DNA from: Candidatus Obscuribacterales bacterium
Lineage (GTDB): Bacteria; Cyanobacteriota; Vampirovibrionia; Obscuribacterales; Obscuribacteraceae
Length of the DNA stretch: 64,000 nt
Assembly (NCBI GenBank): GCA_965228855.1
Contig: CBDDIJ010000003.1
Coordinates: forward strand, 576,001 to 640,000
Direction: 5' to 3'
The notes beneath the pieces were generated by a model. The model was not told where the DNA came from, ran no database searches, and saw nothing but the letters and a program-made list of their open reading frames with translations. Of this stretch, positions 30,760-40,930 are shown piece after piece (the stretch's first letter is position 1; the number at the start of each line of letters is the position of its first letter). Made by a program: the position numbers and the translations under genes.

Positions 30760-31092
30760 CTACTCCGGCATATTCCTAATTGGGTCGATTTCAAAAGTCT
30801 GCCTGGCACCCTTCAATTGGTCGCCGCTGCGAGCGCTCAGCCGTTGGTGGCGACCCGAATCAATGCGCCAGTAGCCTTTAGCCTCGTCAACATCGAGGTT
30901 TTCGCTTGCTCGATGCGCGACGCGCCCTGCGAAATAGCCGTCAGAATCCAATGTCTCATTGTCGGACTTCCGCTCAAGCCTGTCCGTCACTTGCTTCAGG
31001 CGAGATAAAGTTCCTGGGTCATCCAATTCATCAGGCTGCGGCGCGAATTTTGCAACAAGGCTTTTAGCCAGCATGTTGAGCTTTTCGTACAT
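30760..31092 (-). CDS. Hypothetical protein
   Basis: 110-aa ATG ORF co-oriented with the tldD/E genes. Confidence 0.5.
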   Translation of the reverse strand: MYEKLNMLAKSLVAKFAPQPDELDDPGTLSRLKQVTDRLERKSDNETLDSDGYFAGRVAHRASENLDVDEAKGYWRIDSGRHQRLSARSGDQLKGARQTFEIDPIRNMPE

Positions 31093-31305
31093 ATTTGACC
31101 CTTATATAATTGGATTGGTCGACGGAAGCGGCCCGTATTACAACGCTAGCCGATCCGAGTGCTTAGTAACTATAGAGCGCGGAATAAAGATGTATAGGTT
31201 TCCCCATATAGGAAATTAATTGGTGGTCCTAAAGCGTCTGATTTGTCGAAACGGTTCGCCATTCGGGACATTACTGAGGTTCGATGACAGAGGAGACAAG
31301 GGTTG

Positions 31306-31821
31306 ATGAAACGTACGTCTGACAAACTGCTTCTGCTGGGAGCTTTGAGTATGTCGCTAACAGCCTCCGGTTGTGCCGGCGGTGGAGCGAACATACCTGA
31401 CACGATTAATGAAAGGGCAAAGACACTGGTTGTACGCTCCAACTTGCTTGAAGTGCAGAAGGCAGCGGAAAAGTATTTCAAAGATCATACGTACATGTAT
31501 CCAACCGCGATAGATGACGATTTCAAAAGTTATTTCGATGGTGGCGATCCTGCGACAAAAAAGCCAGGCAAACCTCCAATCAATCCCTTTACTGGCAATC
31601 CGGAATTCCCAGTGCTCGGAACAATCACGGATCTCGACCAGGCTCGTCAGGCGCCACCCGGTGATTTGAAAAGAGGTGTGATTGAATACAGCGCTTTGGA
31701 AAACGGAAAAAGTTATGGTATCAGGGGCGGTGACGAGAAGGATAAGGCTTTGCACAGCGAAGATGCCGCCCAGACGGGAACTCTTATCATCTCGAGAGAT
31801 ACCTGGAAGCCGTCAAACTGA
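31306..31821 (+). CDS. Putative lipoprotein with pseudopilin (GspG)-like globular domain
   Basis: AGGAGA RBS; lipobox-like LTASGC; SNL..VQKAAEKY..DH...YP and NPFTG resemble pseudopilin bodies. Confidence 0.6.
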   Translation: MKRTSDKLLLLGALSMSLTASGCAGGGANIPDTINERAKTLVVRSNLLEVQKAAEKYFKDHTYMYPTAIDDDFKSYFDGGDPATKKPGKPPINPFTGNPEFPVLGTITDLDQARQAPPGDLKRGVIEYSALENGKSYGIRGGDEKDKALHSEDAAQTGTLIISRDTWKPSN

Positions 31822-31924
31822 CGGAACGCATCCGCACTCAATTCGAGTCAGACGGTTAAATGACATGGCACAGATTGAAGACGGCGTTATACTTAAGTAG
31901 TAGGCTGGTTGGTTCGGGGCAAGG

Positions 31925-32365
31925 ATGTATTATTCGCATACACAAGTTGTGCCGCCGAAAACCCTGGTCGGGGTCGGCACTCTAGCGACCATTGGCGCAT
32001 TGCTCACTCCAGGTGTACTCAAGTTGTTCAGTGGAGCGCTTATTGCAGGTCTGATGAGCACTTTCCGTTCTATGACTGTTTCAGTAGACGAGAAACAAAT
32101 TGCGTTGCGATTCGGCGCCTGGCTGGAAGCGAAGAAGATCAACGTTGTGTCAATCAAATCATTTCGCAAGACGCGCATGAGCCCAATCAATGGCTGGGGC
32201 ATCCACTTTGTCGGAAATGGATGGCTATACAACATTTACGGACTCGATGCGGTTGAAGTCGAATTGCTTGACGGAAGCAAAACGTTCATCGGCACCGACC
32301 AGCCGCAGGCGTTGTGTGAGGCGATCACTCAGGCTTTGGTCGACCTGGAGCCCTCTCCGCATTAA
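31925..32365 (+). CDS. Small membrane protein (PH-like C-terminus)
   Basis: Two hydrophobic segments, then GWGIH...GWLYNIYG.DAVE....G....IGTD.P..L. Confidence 0.75.
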   Translation: MYYSHTQVVPPKTLVGVGTLATIGALLTPGVLKLFSGALIAGLMSTFRSMTVSVDEKQIALRFGAWLEAKKINVVSIKSFRKTRMSPINGWGIHFVGNGWLYNIYGLDAVEVELLDGSKTFIGTDQPQALCEAITQALVDLEPSPH

Positions 32366-32471
32366 AACCGCTCGCAATCATATCGAAGCTGCTGTCTTCC
32401 AGCTAATATTCTGACGATGACGAACTAGACCGACGTTTCGTCGTCGTAATTTCAATGTTCGTGGTTTCGAA

Positions 32472-32636
32472 TTAATATCCGCGGTCCGCTAGATATGCGG
32501 ACTTCACTGCTTTGTAGGCAATGTATCCGTAAACCAGAAACAGCAAGGTAAATCCGATGACGTAAAACTTGAAGCCGAACCTGAGAAGGGGTCGGAGAAG
32601 GAGGTCAATAAAAAGTATCCCGGTACCAGCGCCCAT
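32472..32636 (-). CDS. Small membrane protein (54 aa, absent from ORF track)
   Basis: Manual translation MGAGTGILFIDLLLRPLLRFGFKFYVIGFTLLFLVYGYIAYKAVKSAYLADRGY*; GAGG upstream of the ATG. Confidence 0.55.
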   Translation of the reverse strand: MGAGTGILFIDLLLRPLLRFGFKFYVIGFTLLFLVYGYIAYKAVKSAYLADRGY

Positions 32637-32906
32637 TGCTTAAGCCTCTGACTATGCACCATTGAAGGGAATGAAGACGATGGAAATTTTAGCGCGCCAC
32701 CATATCTGACGTCACAGTTGTAAATGTAAAATGTTGCCAGTCTTTCGCCTCCTCTTGAAAAGGTGGCTGAAGCCTAATTTTGAGGCTCTTCTTTTCAAAG
32801 ATGTGCGGTGGTTTCGACTGGGCGTGGCGCGGCTCGCGCATCTTTGCAACTGGTGGTAATTGAACCATGAATGCTCAGGGTGCCTTCGGTCTGAGACAAT
32901 GAGGCG

Positions 32907-34493
32907 ATGTCTGAAGCTGTTTCCTCTCCAAACCGTTCTGAAAGATTTCTAGAAGGTGCTCTGTTCTTTGCACTGGTAATCCATTTCGTCGCCACCGTCT
33001 CCATGGGATTGCTCCTGTTGCCCGCCATGCCTGGTGCCATCAACTCCGACGTCGACCGGGTCCGGTATATTGCTGAGCATCAGGTCTTGTGGCACATTGG
33101 CTGGTTGCCGTGGCATCTTTGTGCGCTGTCGGATTTCGTTCTAGCCGTTGCGATGTTTCGAACACGCTGGATTCCTAAGATTCCGGTGATCGCCACTTTT
33201 GTATTTACGCTGCTGGCTGTGGCAGTAGAGCAACCGGCGGAGTTGCGCTGGAACCTAGAAGGGGTTTCAGTCGCACAGCTATGCATGAAGGCCAACGACA
33301 TTGCGCCTTACCTTGATTTTGAGAGTGAAGTCTACTTGCTGGTCGCGGCGGTAGCGGCAGTTCTCTACGCATTCATGGCTATCTGTTGGACCTGGGCGTT
33401 TGCGGCTGCTGGAACATGGAATCGCTTACTAACGTGGGTTTCAATATTCACATGGTCCACGTTGACATTTGCGGCTGCCGGTCCACTGCTGCCCGAGCCA
33501 TATCGCCCGCCGGCACTTGTGTCGGGCATTGCGAATGCCGTTGGTTTCAACGGTATGGCACTTTGGTTTATTCTTGTACTGGAAGCTGTTTTGCGCAGAT
33601 CCAGGATCAACGAATTCTGGGGAAGAATGGCCAACTGGCGTCATCCGCGAGCCGGATTGACTGGAACAGTGTTGACCGCTATCGGAAACAGTCGTGTTCT
33701 TCGATACCTGGGTGAGATAGTCCCGGCAGTTAGAATGGTCAGTGACATCGAAGACGTAATTTACATCAACTATCTTGTGGATGCAAAACTGCTGGAGCCG
33801 CTTGTACCGCTCGGTTTGGAGTTGCAACGTCTGGGACCTGAGCAGAGCTATGCGTTGTTTACAGTCCTGACCTACAAACACGGCAATTTTGGTCCTCAGG
33901 TTTTCGGTCCTCTGCGGAAATTTCTTCCGTCACCGGTTCAAAGCAATTGGCGAATTCACGTTCGTGATCGTGCCGGTGTCGAGGGAATTTTCTTTGTTGC
34001 GACGGTTGTTACCAGTTCAATTGTTTCGCTAGGAGGAAGAATCTTCGCAGACGGGGTTCCCATGCACATTGCCGAGGCTGGCTCAGTCACCACCGGTAGT
34101 GACGGTGGGTTTGCTGTTACTCTTGTCGCTGGCACTGGCTCGTCACCAGATATAGTGGCGAAGCTATTGCCGTGCAGCAAACCAGTTTTAACCGGATCCT
34201 GGCAAGAGTGTTTTCGCGATTTCGATTCATTTCTTGCCTATTGCGTTCCACAAGACCGAGCTATATCAGGGCAACCCTGGTATCAACAGATAACTAAACA
34301 AGAAATCAATCTCGGGATTCCGCTCAGCAGCTGCGAGCCACTTGAAGGCAAGATTCAATCTCGGACCATCGATCAGCTAATTGGTCGAGGACCGCAACCG
34401 ATTTGCTTCCGTGTTCCACGAGTCAGCTTCTCGCTCGAGAAAGTTGATAGATACAGAATGGATAAAAAAGATCGTGGAAGTGAGTTGAGTTAA
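32907..34493 (+). CDS. Multi-TM membrane domain fused to DUF2071/YqjF (acetoacetate-decarboxylase-like) domain
   Basis: About 6 TM segments, then DVIYINYLVD...L.PLVP.GL, QSNWRIHV....GIFF. Confidence 0.7.
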   Translation: MSEAVSSPNRSERFLEGALFFALVIHFVATVSMGLLLLPAMPGAINSDVDRVRYIAEHQVLWHIGWLPWHLCALSDFVLAVAMFRTRWIPKIPVIATFVFTLLAVAVEQPAELRWNLEGVSVAQLCMKANDIAPYLDFESEVYLLVAAVAAVLYAFMAICWTWAFAAAGTWNRLLTWVSIFTWSTLTFAAAGPLLPEPYRPPALVSGIANAVGFNGMALWFILVLEAVLRRSRINEFWGRMANWRHPRAGLTGTVLTAIGNSRVLRYLGEIVPAVRMVSDIEDVIYINYLVDAKLLEPLVPLGLELQRLGPEQSYALFTVLTYKHGNFGPQVFGPLRKFLPSPVQSNWRIHVRDRAGVEGIFFVATVVTSSIVSLGGRIFADGVPMHIAEAGSVTTGSDGGFAVTLVAGTGSSPDIVAKLLPCSKPVLTGSWQECFRDFDSFLAYCVPQDRAISGQPWYQQITKQEINLGIPLSSCEPLEGKIQSRTIDQLIGRGPQPICFRVPRVSFSLEKVDRYRMDKKDRGSELS

Positions 34494-34590
34494 CGTCACA
34501 CAGTCTTGAAATGTTTGTTGAGCTGCGTTTAGTCTAATAAAACGTTTTTGGTGTCAGTGTAAACGAGAGAAGAAATCAGGAGTGAGCAAC

Positions 34591-34995
34591 ATGAAGCGCG
34601 AGAATTTTTCCACCAACACTCCATGGGAACCAATCGTTGGATACTCGCGAGCAGTGCGGGTCGGTCAGCATGTTTTCGTTTCGGGAACGACCGCTACCGA
34701 TGAGAAAGGAGAATTGGTCGGTCTCGGAGATGCTTACGAGCAGGCGATGCAAATACTGCGTAATATCGAGACCGCGTTGCTACGCGCTGGTGCAAGTTTA
34801 AAAGATGTTGTAAGAACCCGCATCTACGTTACCGACATCTCAACGTGGGAAGAAGTCGGCAAAGCGCATGGCGAGTTCTTCCGTGATATCAGACCTGCGA
34901 CGGCTCTGCTCGAAGTGAGCAAACTTGTTTCACCGAACATGCTTGTCGAAATCGAGGCAGACGCTATAGTCGGCGATAAAACGTTCGATGATTAG
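34591..34995 (+). CDS. RidA/YjgF family protein
   Basis: [42 protein letters not shown]. Confidence 0.93.
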   Translation: MKRENFSTNTPWEPIVGYSRAVRVGQHVFVSGTTATDEKGELVGLGDAYEQAMQILRNIETALLRAGASLKDVVRTRIYVTDISTWEEVGKAHGEFFRDIRPATALLEVSKLVSPNMLVEIEADAIVGDKTFDD

Positions 34996-36599
34996 TTGCT
35001 GCTCTCCCAGGGCCACCTGAAGCCCTGAGGCTTTGGCTTTGTAGGTAGGTATACGAGCTTTGTGTTCCACGGGATTTTATGCAGTCCATTTGGATCCACA
35101 GTTAGCAGATGTTGCACTCGTATCGTGCGTCCTGGATCATCATCGTAAACTTGAGAATTCCAGAATCTTCTTCCTACAAAGTAAGATTCGACATAGTCGT
35201 CCCAGCTTTTGTAGAGTTTTTGAATACGAACCGCCGCCGGTAGCATAATAGCGAAAGCTTCTTCTTCTGTTAAGTAGCCTGCCGTGTATCCCCAGCGGCA
35301 ACTCGATATTACTCGCCCTAACTCGTAAGCCAATATCCCGCGATCTCCAAATTTGTCGCCATACTTTTGGATGAGTTGAACTTCAGATGAACTTTTCTTT
35401 TGCCCTTTAAAATATGCCGGATTTTTTTTGTAAGCTTCTCGCATTGCAATCCACGATGGATTGCACATCTGACCGTTAGTGCACTTGATCGCGGCGGCCT
35501 TCAGCTCTGCTGCATTGTGTATCTTCCATGAACTCGCCATCTTATCTCGTTCTTCTTCGCGACGCTCCGGCGTCGGTTCGGCACCCGGCAGAGACTCGAA
35601 GCCCTGGTTATTGTATTCAGAAATTGGAGCTGAGCATGCCAAAACCCAACGCTTGGCCGGATCCTTTTCCGCATGAAGATGGTCGTATTCGAAATTATCT
35701 ATTCGTTGCTTCCACCAATCCATCTCTGTCCAACCTTTACTCTCGGAAAGCTTGATATCAGAGCGAGCGGCGTAAAAATCGAACAACCTGGCATTCGATT
35801 TGCTTCGAATGAAGTACGCTTTTGGGTTGGCCCCAGCCAGAACGACCTTGTTGCAATTGTGACGCGCCCATTGGTACTGCGCGTCATAATACTGTAGCTC
35901 TGCTTTGAGTAGAAGAGTTCCTGGATCTTCTGGTGCCATCGCATGTAGTACCAGCAAATCCTGCTTCGCCAGATCGATTTCATCAAGTTCAAAGTATAGG
36001 TCGCCTCTTTGGACTCTGGCCTCAATGTTTTTGGGATCTAGTTTGATAATCTGTGAAAAGGTTTTGATCGCGTCGCTGTCTTCGTCATTGTTTCTAAGCA
36101 CATAAGCCTTTTGAAGAAGTGCGTCTATGTAGTTAGGATCCCGCTTAAGGGCGGCATTAAGGTATTTGAGTGTTGCCTCTTCACCATCCGGCCCTACGCA
36201 TACATACCACATCGCGAAATTATTCGAGGCGGAGCCCGGGTCGATAGCCAGACCAGCCTTAAATGACTTTTTGCCTTCGAACGAATTATGCCTGTACGAG
36301 TAGTCAGTCCAACCTTTAATAAAGAGTTCGCCGGCTTTTGTAGGTGTTCCGTCCTTTTTCTTGTCGGTACTGCTAATGGGGAATTTCATCTCCGCCATCT
36401 GGACGGGACTTGCCGTTTTTTTATCTGGCTTACCGACATTGTTGCCAGTCACAGTCGCCTTAGTCACGTTAGTCTTCGAGACGGCGGTGCTAGATTTGGC
36501 TGTTGGAGCCGGTGCCGCTAAACCGTCGCACTGCACGCCAAGTGAGAGAGCGAATGCGATAGCGATAGCAATTTGCATATGCAAAGTATGTTTTTCCAA
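34992..36599 (-). CDS. Exported TPR protein with C-terminal DUF1266-like domain (paralog 1)
   Basis: Signal-like segment, TPRs, AYELGR.IS.CRWGY.AGYL.EEEA, Y.SWDDY..SY..GR.FW; start likely TTG 36599 (GGGAGA RBS) or ATG 36578. Confidence 0.78.
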   Translation of the reverse strand: MEKHTLHMQIAIAIAFALSLGVQCDGLAAPAPTAKSSTAVSKTNVTKATVTGNNVGKPDKKTASPVQMAEMKFPISSTDKKKDGTPTKAGELFIKGWTDYSYRHNSFEGKKSFKAGLAIDPGSASNNFAMWYVCVGPDGEEATLKYLNAALKRDPNYIDALLQKAYVLRNNDEDSDAIKTFSQIIKLDPKNIEARVQRGDLYFELDEIDLAKQDLLVLHAMAPEDPGTLLLKAELQYYDAQYQWARHNCNKVVLAGANPKAYFIRSKSNARLFDFYAARSDIKLSESKGWTEMDWWKQRIDNFEYDHLHAEKDPAKRWVLACSAPISEYNNQGFESLPGAEPTPERREEERDKMASSWKIHNAAELKAAAIKCTNGQMCNPSWIAMREAYKKNPAYFKGQKKSSSEVQLIQKYGDKFGDRGILAYELGRVISSCRWGYTAGYLTEEEAFAIMLPAAVRIQKLYKSWDDYVESYFVGRRFWNSQVYDDDPGRTIRVQHLLTVDPNGLHKIPWNTKLVYLPTKPKPQGFRWPWESSN

Positions 36600-36621
36600 A
36601 GGTTCTCCCACTCTACTGATG

Positions 36622-37950
36622 TTATTTTGCGTCGTACACAAGCTTAGTGTCCCAGGGAATCTTTCGCAAAATATTCGGATCTGATTTAAGCGAATGAATG
36701 ACACGGTCCACGCGAGCGGGGCCGTCAGTGTAACTAAAAGGGTTCCAAAATCTTCGCCCCACGAAGTAACCCGTGACGAAGTCATCCCAGTTGGTATACT
36801 CCTTTTGAATGCGCACCGCCGCTGGTAGCATCAGGTCGAAAGCTTCGCCTTCTGTGAGGAAGCCGCCCATGTATCCCCATCGGCAGAGGGAGACTACTCG
36901 GCTAAGATCGAAGGCTTGAATGCCATGCTCTCCGAATTTGTCTCCATATTCCTTGATTAACATCAATTTTGTGTCGCCTTCTTTCCCGTCGAACGCGGCC
37001 GGATTTTTTTTATAGGCGCGATAGGTTGCCATCCATCGAGGATGATGCATTCCCCCGTTCAGCAACCTGGTGATTGTATTTACTAACTTAGTTTTGCTGG
37101 TAATTCCCCACCATTCGTCGAGGGTCCGCAACTCCTCGGCTTTTTGCTGCGCGTTGGGTTCGGCTCCAGCAAGAGATTCTATTCCCCGGTTATTGAATTC
37201 GAACATCGGTGCGGAGCAGGCTAACGCCCAACGTTTGGCAGGATCCTTTTCCGCGTGTTTATGATCCCACTCGAAATCGGAAAGTCGCTCTCGTTCCCAT
37301 TTTAAGTCGCTCAATCCCTTATTGCCAGCGAGCGTCAGGTCTGATTGTGCGGCAGGAAAGTTGAACAAACGAGCGTGAGCATTGCTGCGCAGAAAGTAGG
37401 TTCTAGCAGTTGCATCTTTAGATAAAATTTTGTCGCAGCTGGCAATTGCTGATTTGTATTGGGCGTCGTAGCTTTGTAGCTCGGACATCAGGGTGAGCGT
37501 TCTCAGATTTTCAGGACCAAAATTGTTTGCGCTTACCAGGTCCTTTCGGGCGTTCGGCAAGTCGTTGTAAGAGTAATAAGATAAACCTCTCCAAGCATAC
37601 GCCTCTGCGTTTTTCGGATCCATTTCAATCACTGAATCAAATGCTTTGATGGCGTTTCGGTATTGACCCTTTCTCCAGCAATTTGCTCCTTTGAGCATTA
37701 ACTGCGACTTGCTGTCACTGTTAACTCCTGCCGAAGTTTGTTCCCGCGACGTCGTTTGGTTGGCTTGCTTTCGGCTGGCATTCAGACTGGTCGTCGCTGT
37801 TTTGGAACTCAAGATTTTGTCGCTCTTTGTTCCAGACTTTTCGGTCGCAGCGAAGGCAGTGCTCCATCCGTGCACTGTCCCGACCACGAGGATAATGCCT
37901 GTAGCTCTAGCGATTGGAATGTATGTTTTTAAATACACTGTTGATCTCAA
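36622..37950 (-). CDS. Exported TPR protein with C-terminal DUF1266-like domain (paralog 2)
   Basis: TPRs, L.EWWGI, AFDLSR..SLCRWGY.GGFL, WDDF..GY..GR.FW; shares [16 protein letters not shown] with paralog 1. Confidence 0.78.
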   Translation of the reverse strand: MRSTVYLKTYIPIARATGIILVVGTVHGWSTAFAATEKSGTKSDKILSSKTATTSLNASRKQANQTTSREQTSAGVNSDSKSQLMLKGANCWRKGQYRNAIKAFDSVIEMDPKNAEAYAWRGLSYYSYNDLPNARKDLVSANNFGPENLRTLTLMSELQSYDAQYKSAIASCDKILSKDATARTYFLRSNAHARLFNFPAAQSDLTLAGNKGLSDLKWERERLSDFEWDHKHAEKDPAKRWALACSAPMFEFNNRGIESLAGAEPNAQQKAEELRTLDEWWGITSKTKLVNTITRLLNGGMHHPRWMATYRAYKKNPAAFDGKEGDTKLMLIKEYGDKFGEHGIQAFDLSRVVSLCRWGYMGGFLTEGEAFDLMLPAAVRIQKEYTNWDDFVTGYFVGRRFWNPFSYTDGPARVDRVIHSLKSDPNILRKIPWDTKLVYDAK

Positions 37951-38038
37951 ACAAAAGGTGACATTCCCTTATACCCTGTTTTGCGATAAGCTTGAGTGAG
38001 TCAGTCCGATTAGAACCTGAGGGCGGAAAGAGCGAGCG

Positions 38039-38425
38039 ATGAAAACGAGAAAGTTGAACATCTTTTTTATTGGCGCCCTGGCACTGTCGATCATTGGCGG
38101 TATCGCTTATGGTCAGCTGGTACCGCGCGAGGCGTTCTTGAAGGACATGGATGCTGCAGAGTTACTGCAGATTATGGCAACAGAAAAAAGTGCGCATTCT
38201 CGAATTGAGAAGATTACTGAATGTGCCGAAGGGGGCGAACTTCCTGACTGGATTGTTGAGTTTAAAAATCCAAACGCTGAGAGAATTGTTCGCAATTTCA
38301 ACATGGATCAAAGAAACGAAGCTATCCAAAGAGTCGCAGAATATAGGATTCGGAAGTTTAATATGCAACCGGATGATTCGGGTGCCTCCGTTCTAATCCG
38401 AAGTATTTTCGGTATGAATCGCTAA
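38039..38425 (+). CDS. Hypothetical exported or membrane-anchored protein
   Basis: 128-aa ORF with an N-terminal hydrophobic segment. Confidence 0.6.
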   Translation: MKTRKLNIFFIGALALSIIGGIAYGQLVPREAFLKDMDAAELLQIMATEKSAHSRIEKITECAEGGELPDWIVEFKNPNAERIVRNFNMDQRNEAIQRVAEYRIRKFNMQPDDSGASVLIRSIFGMNR

Positions 38426-38495
38426 CAATCTCTTCGAGCAAAGATCACCCTTTCGTACGAGTTTGAATTTTCGATTTGAGGGAACGAACGGCGGC

Positions 38496-38515
38496 TGCTA
38501 CCGTATGCGGTAGCA
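38496..38515. terminator. Hairpin between convergent genes (possible terminator)
   Basis: TGCTACCG-TATG-CGGTAGCA perfect 8-bp stem; U-tract weak. Confidence 0.4.
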
Positions 38516-38548
38516 CCAAACAGAGAAGCCACGCTCGCTGATTGTTTC

Positions 38549-39922
38549 CTATTTCAAGTTAAGCAACTGTTGAACCGACTCTCTGAATACTCTGGTGTGA
38601 TGATAGATGTCGGCTTCGGTTGTTGCTGGGCACATCAATGCCATGTTGTGAAACGGAGTCATTAAGATGCCGCGATTTAGCGCGGCGAGGTGCATATAGC
38701 GGTCCAGCTCATAGTCGCCTGATGCCGCCGCTTCTCCGCCGTTGACCGGCGGCTTATCGCGGAACCAATATTCCGCGCGGCAACCCAGTTGTTGTACAAC
38801 CCAGGGCAAATTGAACTCTTTGATATTCTCTTCGACACCTTTTACGAAACGATCGCACAGCGGAATTGTTTTTCGATAGGCGTCTTCGGTTAGAACCTTT
38901 TCCAGTGTGGCGCGCATAGCTGCGATGGAGAGCGCGTTGCCTGCCAGCGTCCCACCGATGCCTGAAGTATCGCAGTCTTCGACCTTCGAGTTCGCGAATA
39001 TTCGTTGTGCAATTTCCTCAGTGCAACCATAGACAGCACCTGGTATTCCACTGCCCAGTGGTTTGCCCAGTGTCATCATATCCGGTGCCAGATTGTGCGT
39101 ACCGGTGTAGCCTCCGGGACCGGTGCAAATTGTGTGGGTTTCATCGTAAATCAAGATCGTGTCAGTCTTTCGTGTGAGCTCACGAAGCGCGTCGAGGAAG
39201 CCGGGCTTGGGATGCACGATTCCGATGTTTGTCATGACGGGCTCTGCTAAAACGCAAGCTACGTCTTTAGCAGCGAGTGCTTTCTCTAGAGCATCAATGT
39301 CGTTGAATTCGACGACCTTTGTTGTTTTTACCGGGTCAATTTGCGGTCCGCAGTTTCCCTTGCGAGCATGCGGTTTGCCGTCCACAAGCGTGATGAACGA
39401 TTCATCTACGGTACCGTGGTAGCACCAGTTGAATACGAGGACATAAGGTCGTCCAGTGATCTGGCGGGCCAGCCGTAGTGCGAAACGGTTTGCATCGGTC
39501 GCCGTCAAGGTGAATTGCCAGTACTTTAAACCGAAGCGCCGATGCAGTTCTTCACCAACCCACAAACTGTTTTCGGTCGGCAGCATGTAAGTGATGCCCT
39601 TGTTGATTTGTTCGATAATCGAGGCTGTAGATTGCTCCGGCGAGTGACCGGTCATCGCGCCCGTGTCGCCGAGGCAAAGGTCGACGTAGTCATTACCGTC
39701 CACGTCAGTAAAGTGAGCGCCCTTCGCTTCTTTTACGAATACAGGGTATGGCGACGCCCACTTGATCATCCAATTCATAGGGACGCCGCCGAGCAGGTGT
39801 TCTTGCGCCTTCTGAAAAAGTTCAGCCGACTTCGGGTGATCTTTTCTGAACAGTTCTTCTTCTTTCTTGAGAAGCTCGTCAAGTCTGGTTCTATCGATAG
39901 TACTCAAATTCGTTGATGACAT
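38549..39922 (-). CDS. Class III PLP aminotransferase (glutamate-1-semialdehyde aminomutase-like subgroup)
   Basis: DVDGNDYVD.CLG, YHG, LAEP, YDETHT, PDMMTLGK (PLP Lys), GGTLAGN. Confidence 0.9.
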   Translation of the reverse strand: MSSTNLSTIDRTRLDELLKKEEELFRKDHPKSAELFQKAQEHLLGGVPMNWMIKWASPYPVFVKEAKGAHFTDVDGNDYVDLCLGDTGAMTGHSPEQSTASIIEQINKGITYMLPTENSLWVGEELHRRFGLKYWQFTLTATDANRFALRLARQITGRPYVLVFNWCYHGTVDESFITLVDGKPHARKGNCGPQIDPVKTTKVVEFNDIDALEKALAAKDVACVLAEPVMTNIGIVHPKPGFLDALRELTRKTDTILIYDETHTICTGPGGYTGTHNLAPDMMTLGKPLGSGIPGAVYGCTEEIAQRIFANSKVEDCDTSGIGGTLAGNALSIAAMRATLEKVLTEDAYRKTIPLCDRFVKGVEENIKEFNLPWVVQQLGCRAEYWFRDKPPVNGGEAAASGDYELDRYMHLAALNRGILMTPFHNMALMCPATTEADIYHHTRVFRESVQQLLNLK

Positions 39923-40071
39923 GCTCTCCGCCCTCTATTCTGCGATGCATATCTTATCGAATGCGGGTCACCCGCGCATTAACCTTGATAATTGATTGGG
40001 TTGTCGAGAATCTGTTTCTTCCGGTGCCTGAGGGCGGCAGGTAAACGAACACTAAATACGTCTGGAAAAGT

Positions 40072-40776
40072 TCAACCCGGTCTGCGATAGATGCAGCTGA
40101 AGCTTGTAGCATCGTGCCAATCAACCGCAGGAGTCAGCCGGCGTTTCCATTCGCGATTTTGGGCAACACGATGGAGCGAGCGCAGACCGCCCAGTGCTTT
40201 CTGCAAGGCAGTTTCATCCGCTGCTTCGAAGATAGTGAGATGCCGGACCTTCTCTCGCCCGACGCTAGAGTAACGGCGACAGGCTGCAAAGCTGGGAATG
40301 TCGGCAATTTGCAATGGCAGATACTCTGTTTCGTACCAGGACTGAAACTGGTCGTCTGCCTCCGGCTTCATCTCTAGTGACCAGAGCAAAAACGGTCTGC
40401 TTCCAAAGTGTCCGTCGAGGGGGATGCGCTGATGCTCCCATCGCGGAGTATATGAAATTCGACTGAAGTGTTTTAAGTCATTCGTTTTCCACGACTGAAA
40501 CTCGCGCGTCAAGTCCTGCATGCCTTTGCGCTGAAAAATCTCATCAGCGTTGGCTATCGCCTCTTTATTCGCGAGTTCGTAAATAGTGACGTACTGCTTG
40601 TTGTACCATCGCAATGAACTGCCGAAGTTCATTTCTTCGTATCGGAGAATTGATAAAACTTCGGGTGCCGACGCCAGAATTCCAGGAAGGAATTTATGCT
40701 GGTAGAAATCGTTGAATTCGCCCTCTTTTTCCGGCGCGACGCTCAAGGTGATAAGCATGATTGGATTAGGTTCCAT
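40072..40776 (-). CDS. Tandem EthD/DUF4286-like dimeric alpha-beta barrel protein
   Basis: Two similar halves (E.EFN.FY...FLP / DDQFQSWY..EYLP; RY; Y.TIYE / HLTIFE); AGGAG RBS. Confidence 0.65.
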   Translation of the reverse strand: MEPNPIMLITLSVAPEKEGEFNDFYQHKFLPGILASAPEVLSILRYEEMNFGSSLRWYNKQYVTIYELANKEAIANADEIFQRKGMQDLTREFQSWKTNDLKHFSRISYTPRWEHQRIPLDGHFGSRPFLLWSLEMKPEADDQFQSWYETEYLPLQIADIPSFAACRRYSSVGREKVRHLTIFEAADETALQKALGGLRSLHRVAQNREWKRRLTPAVDWHDATSFSCIYRRPG

Positions 40777-40930
40777 ACAAGCTCCTTTTAGAGGTTGTTC
40801 TTCGACTCGATGTGCAAATAGTACACCATCAAGTCACCGCCGGTGAGAATTTAGGTTATTGTAGAAAGATGCATCAAGGAATCCCAGGACCTCGTGGATT
40901 GACTCTCGTTTAGATACGACTCGGTGCCAA

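Noticed and set aside
38549..39922. Calling the aminotransferase hemL or argD
   Set aside because: It is class III, but lacks the signature context for either and is not linked to the arg operon.
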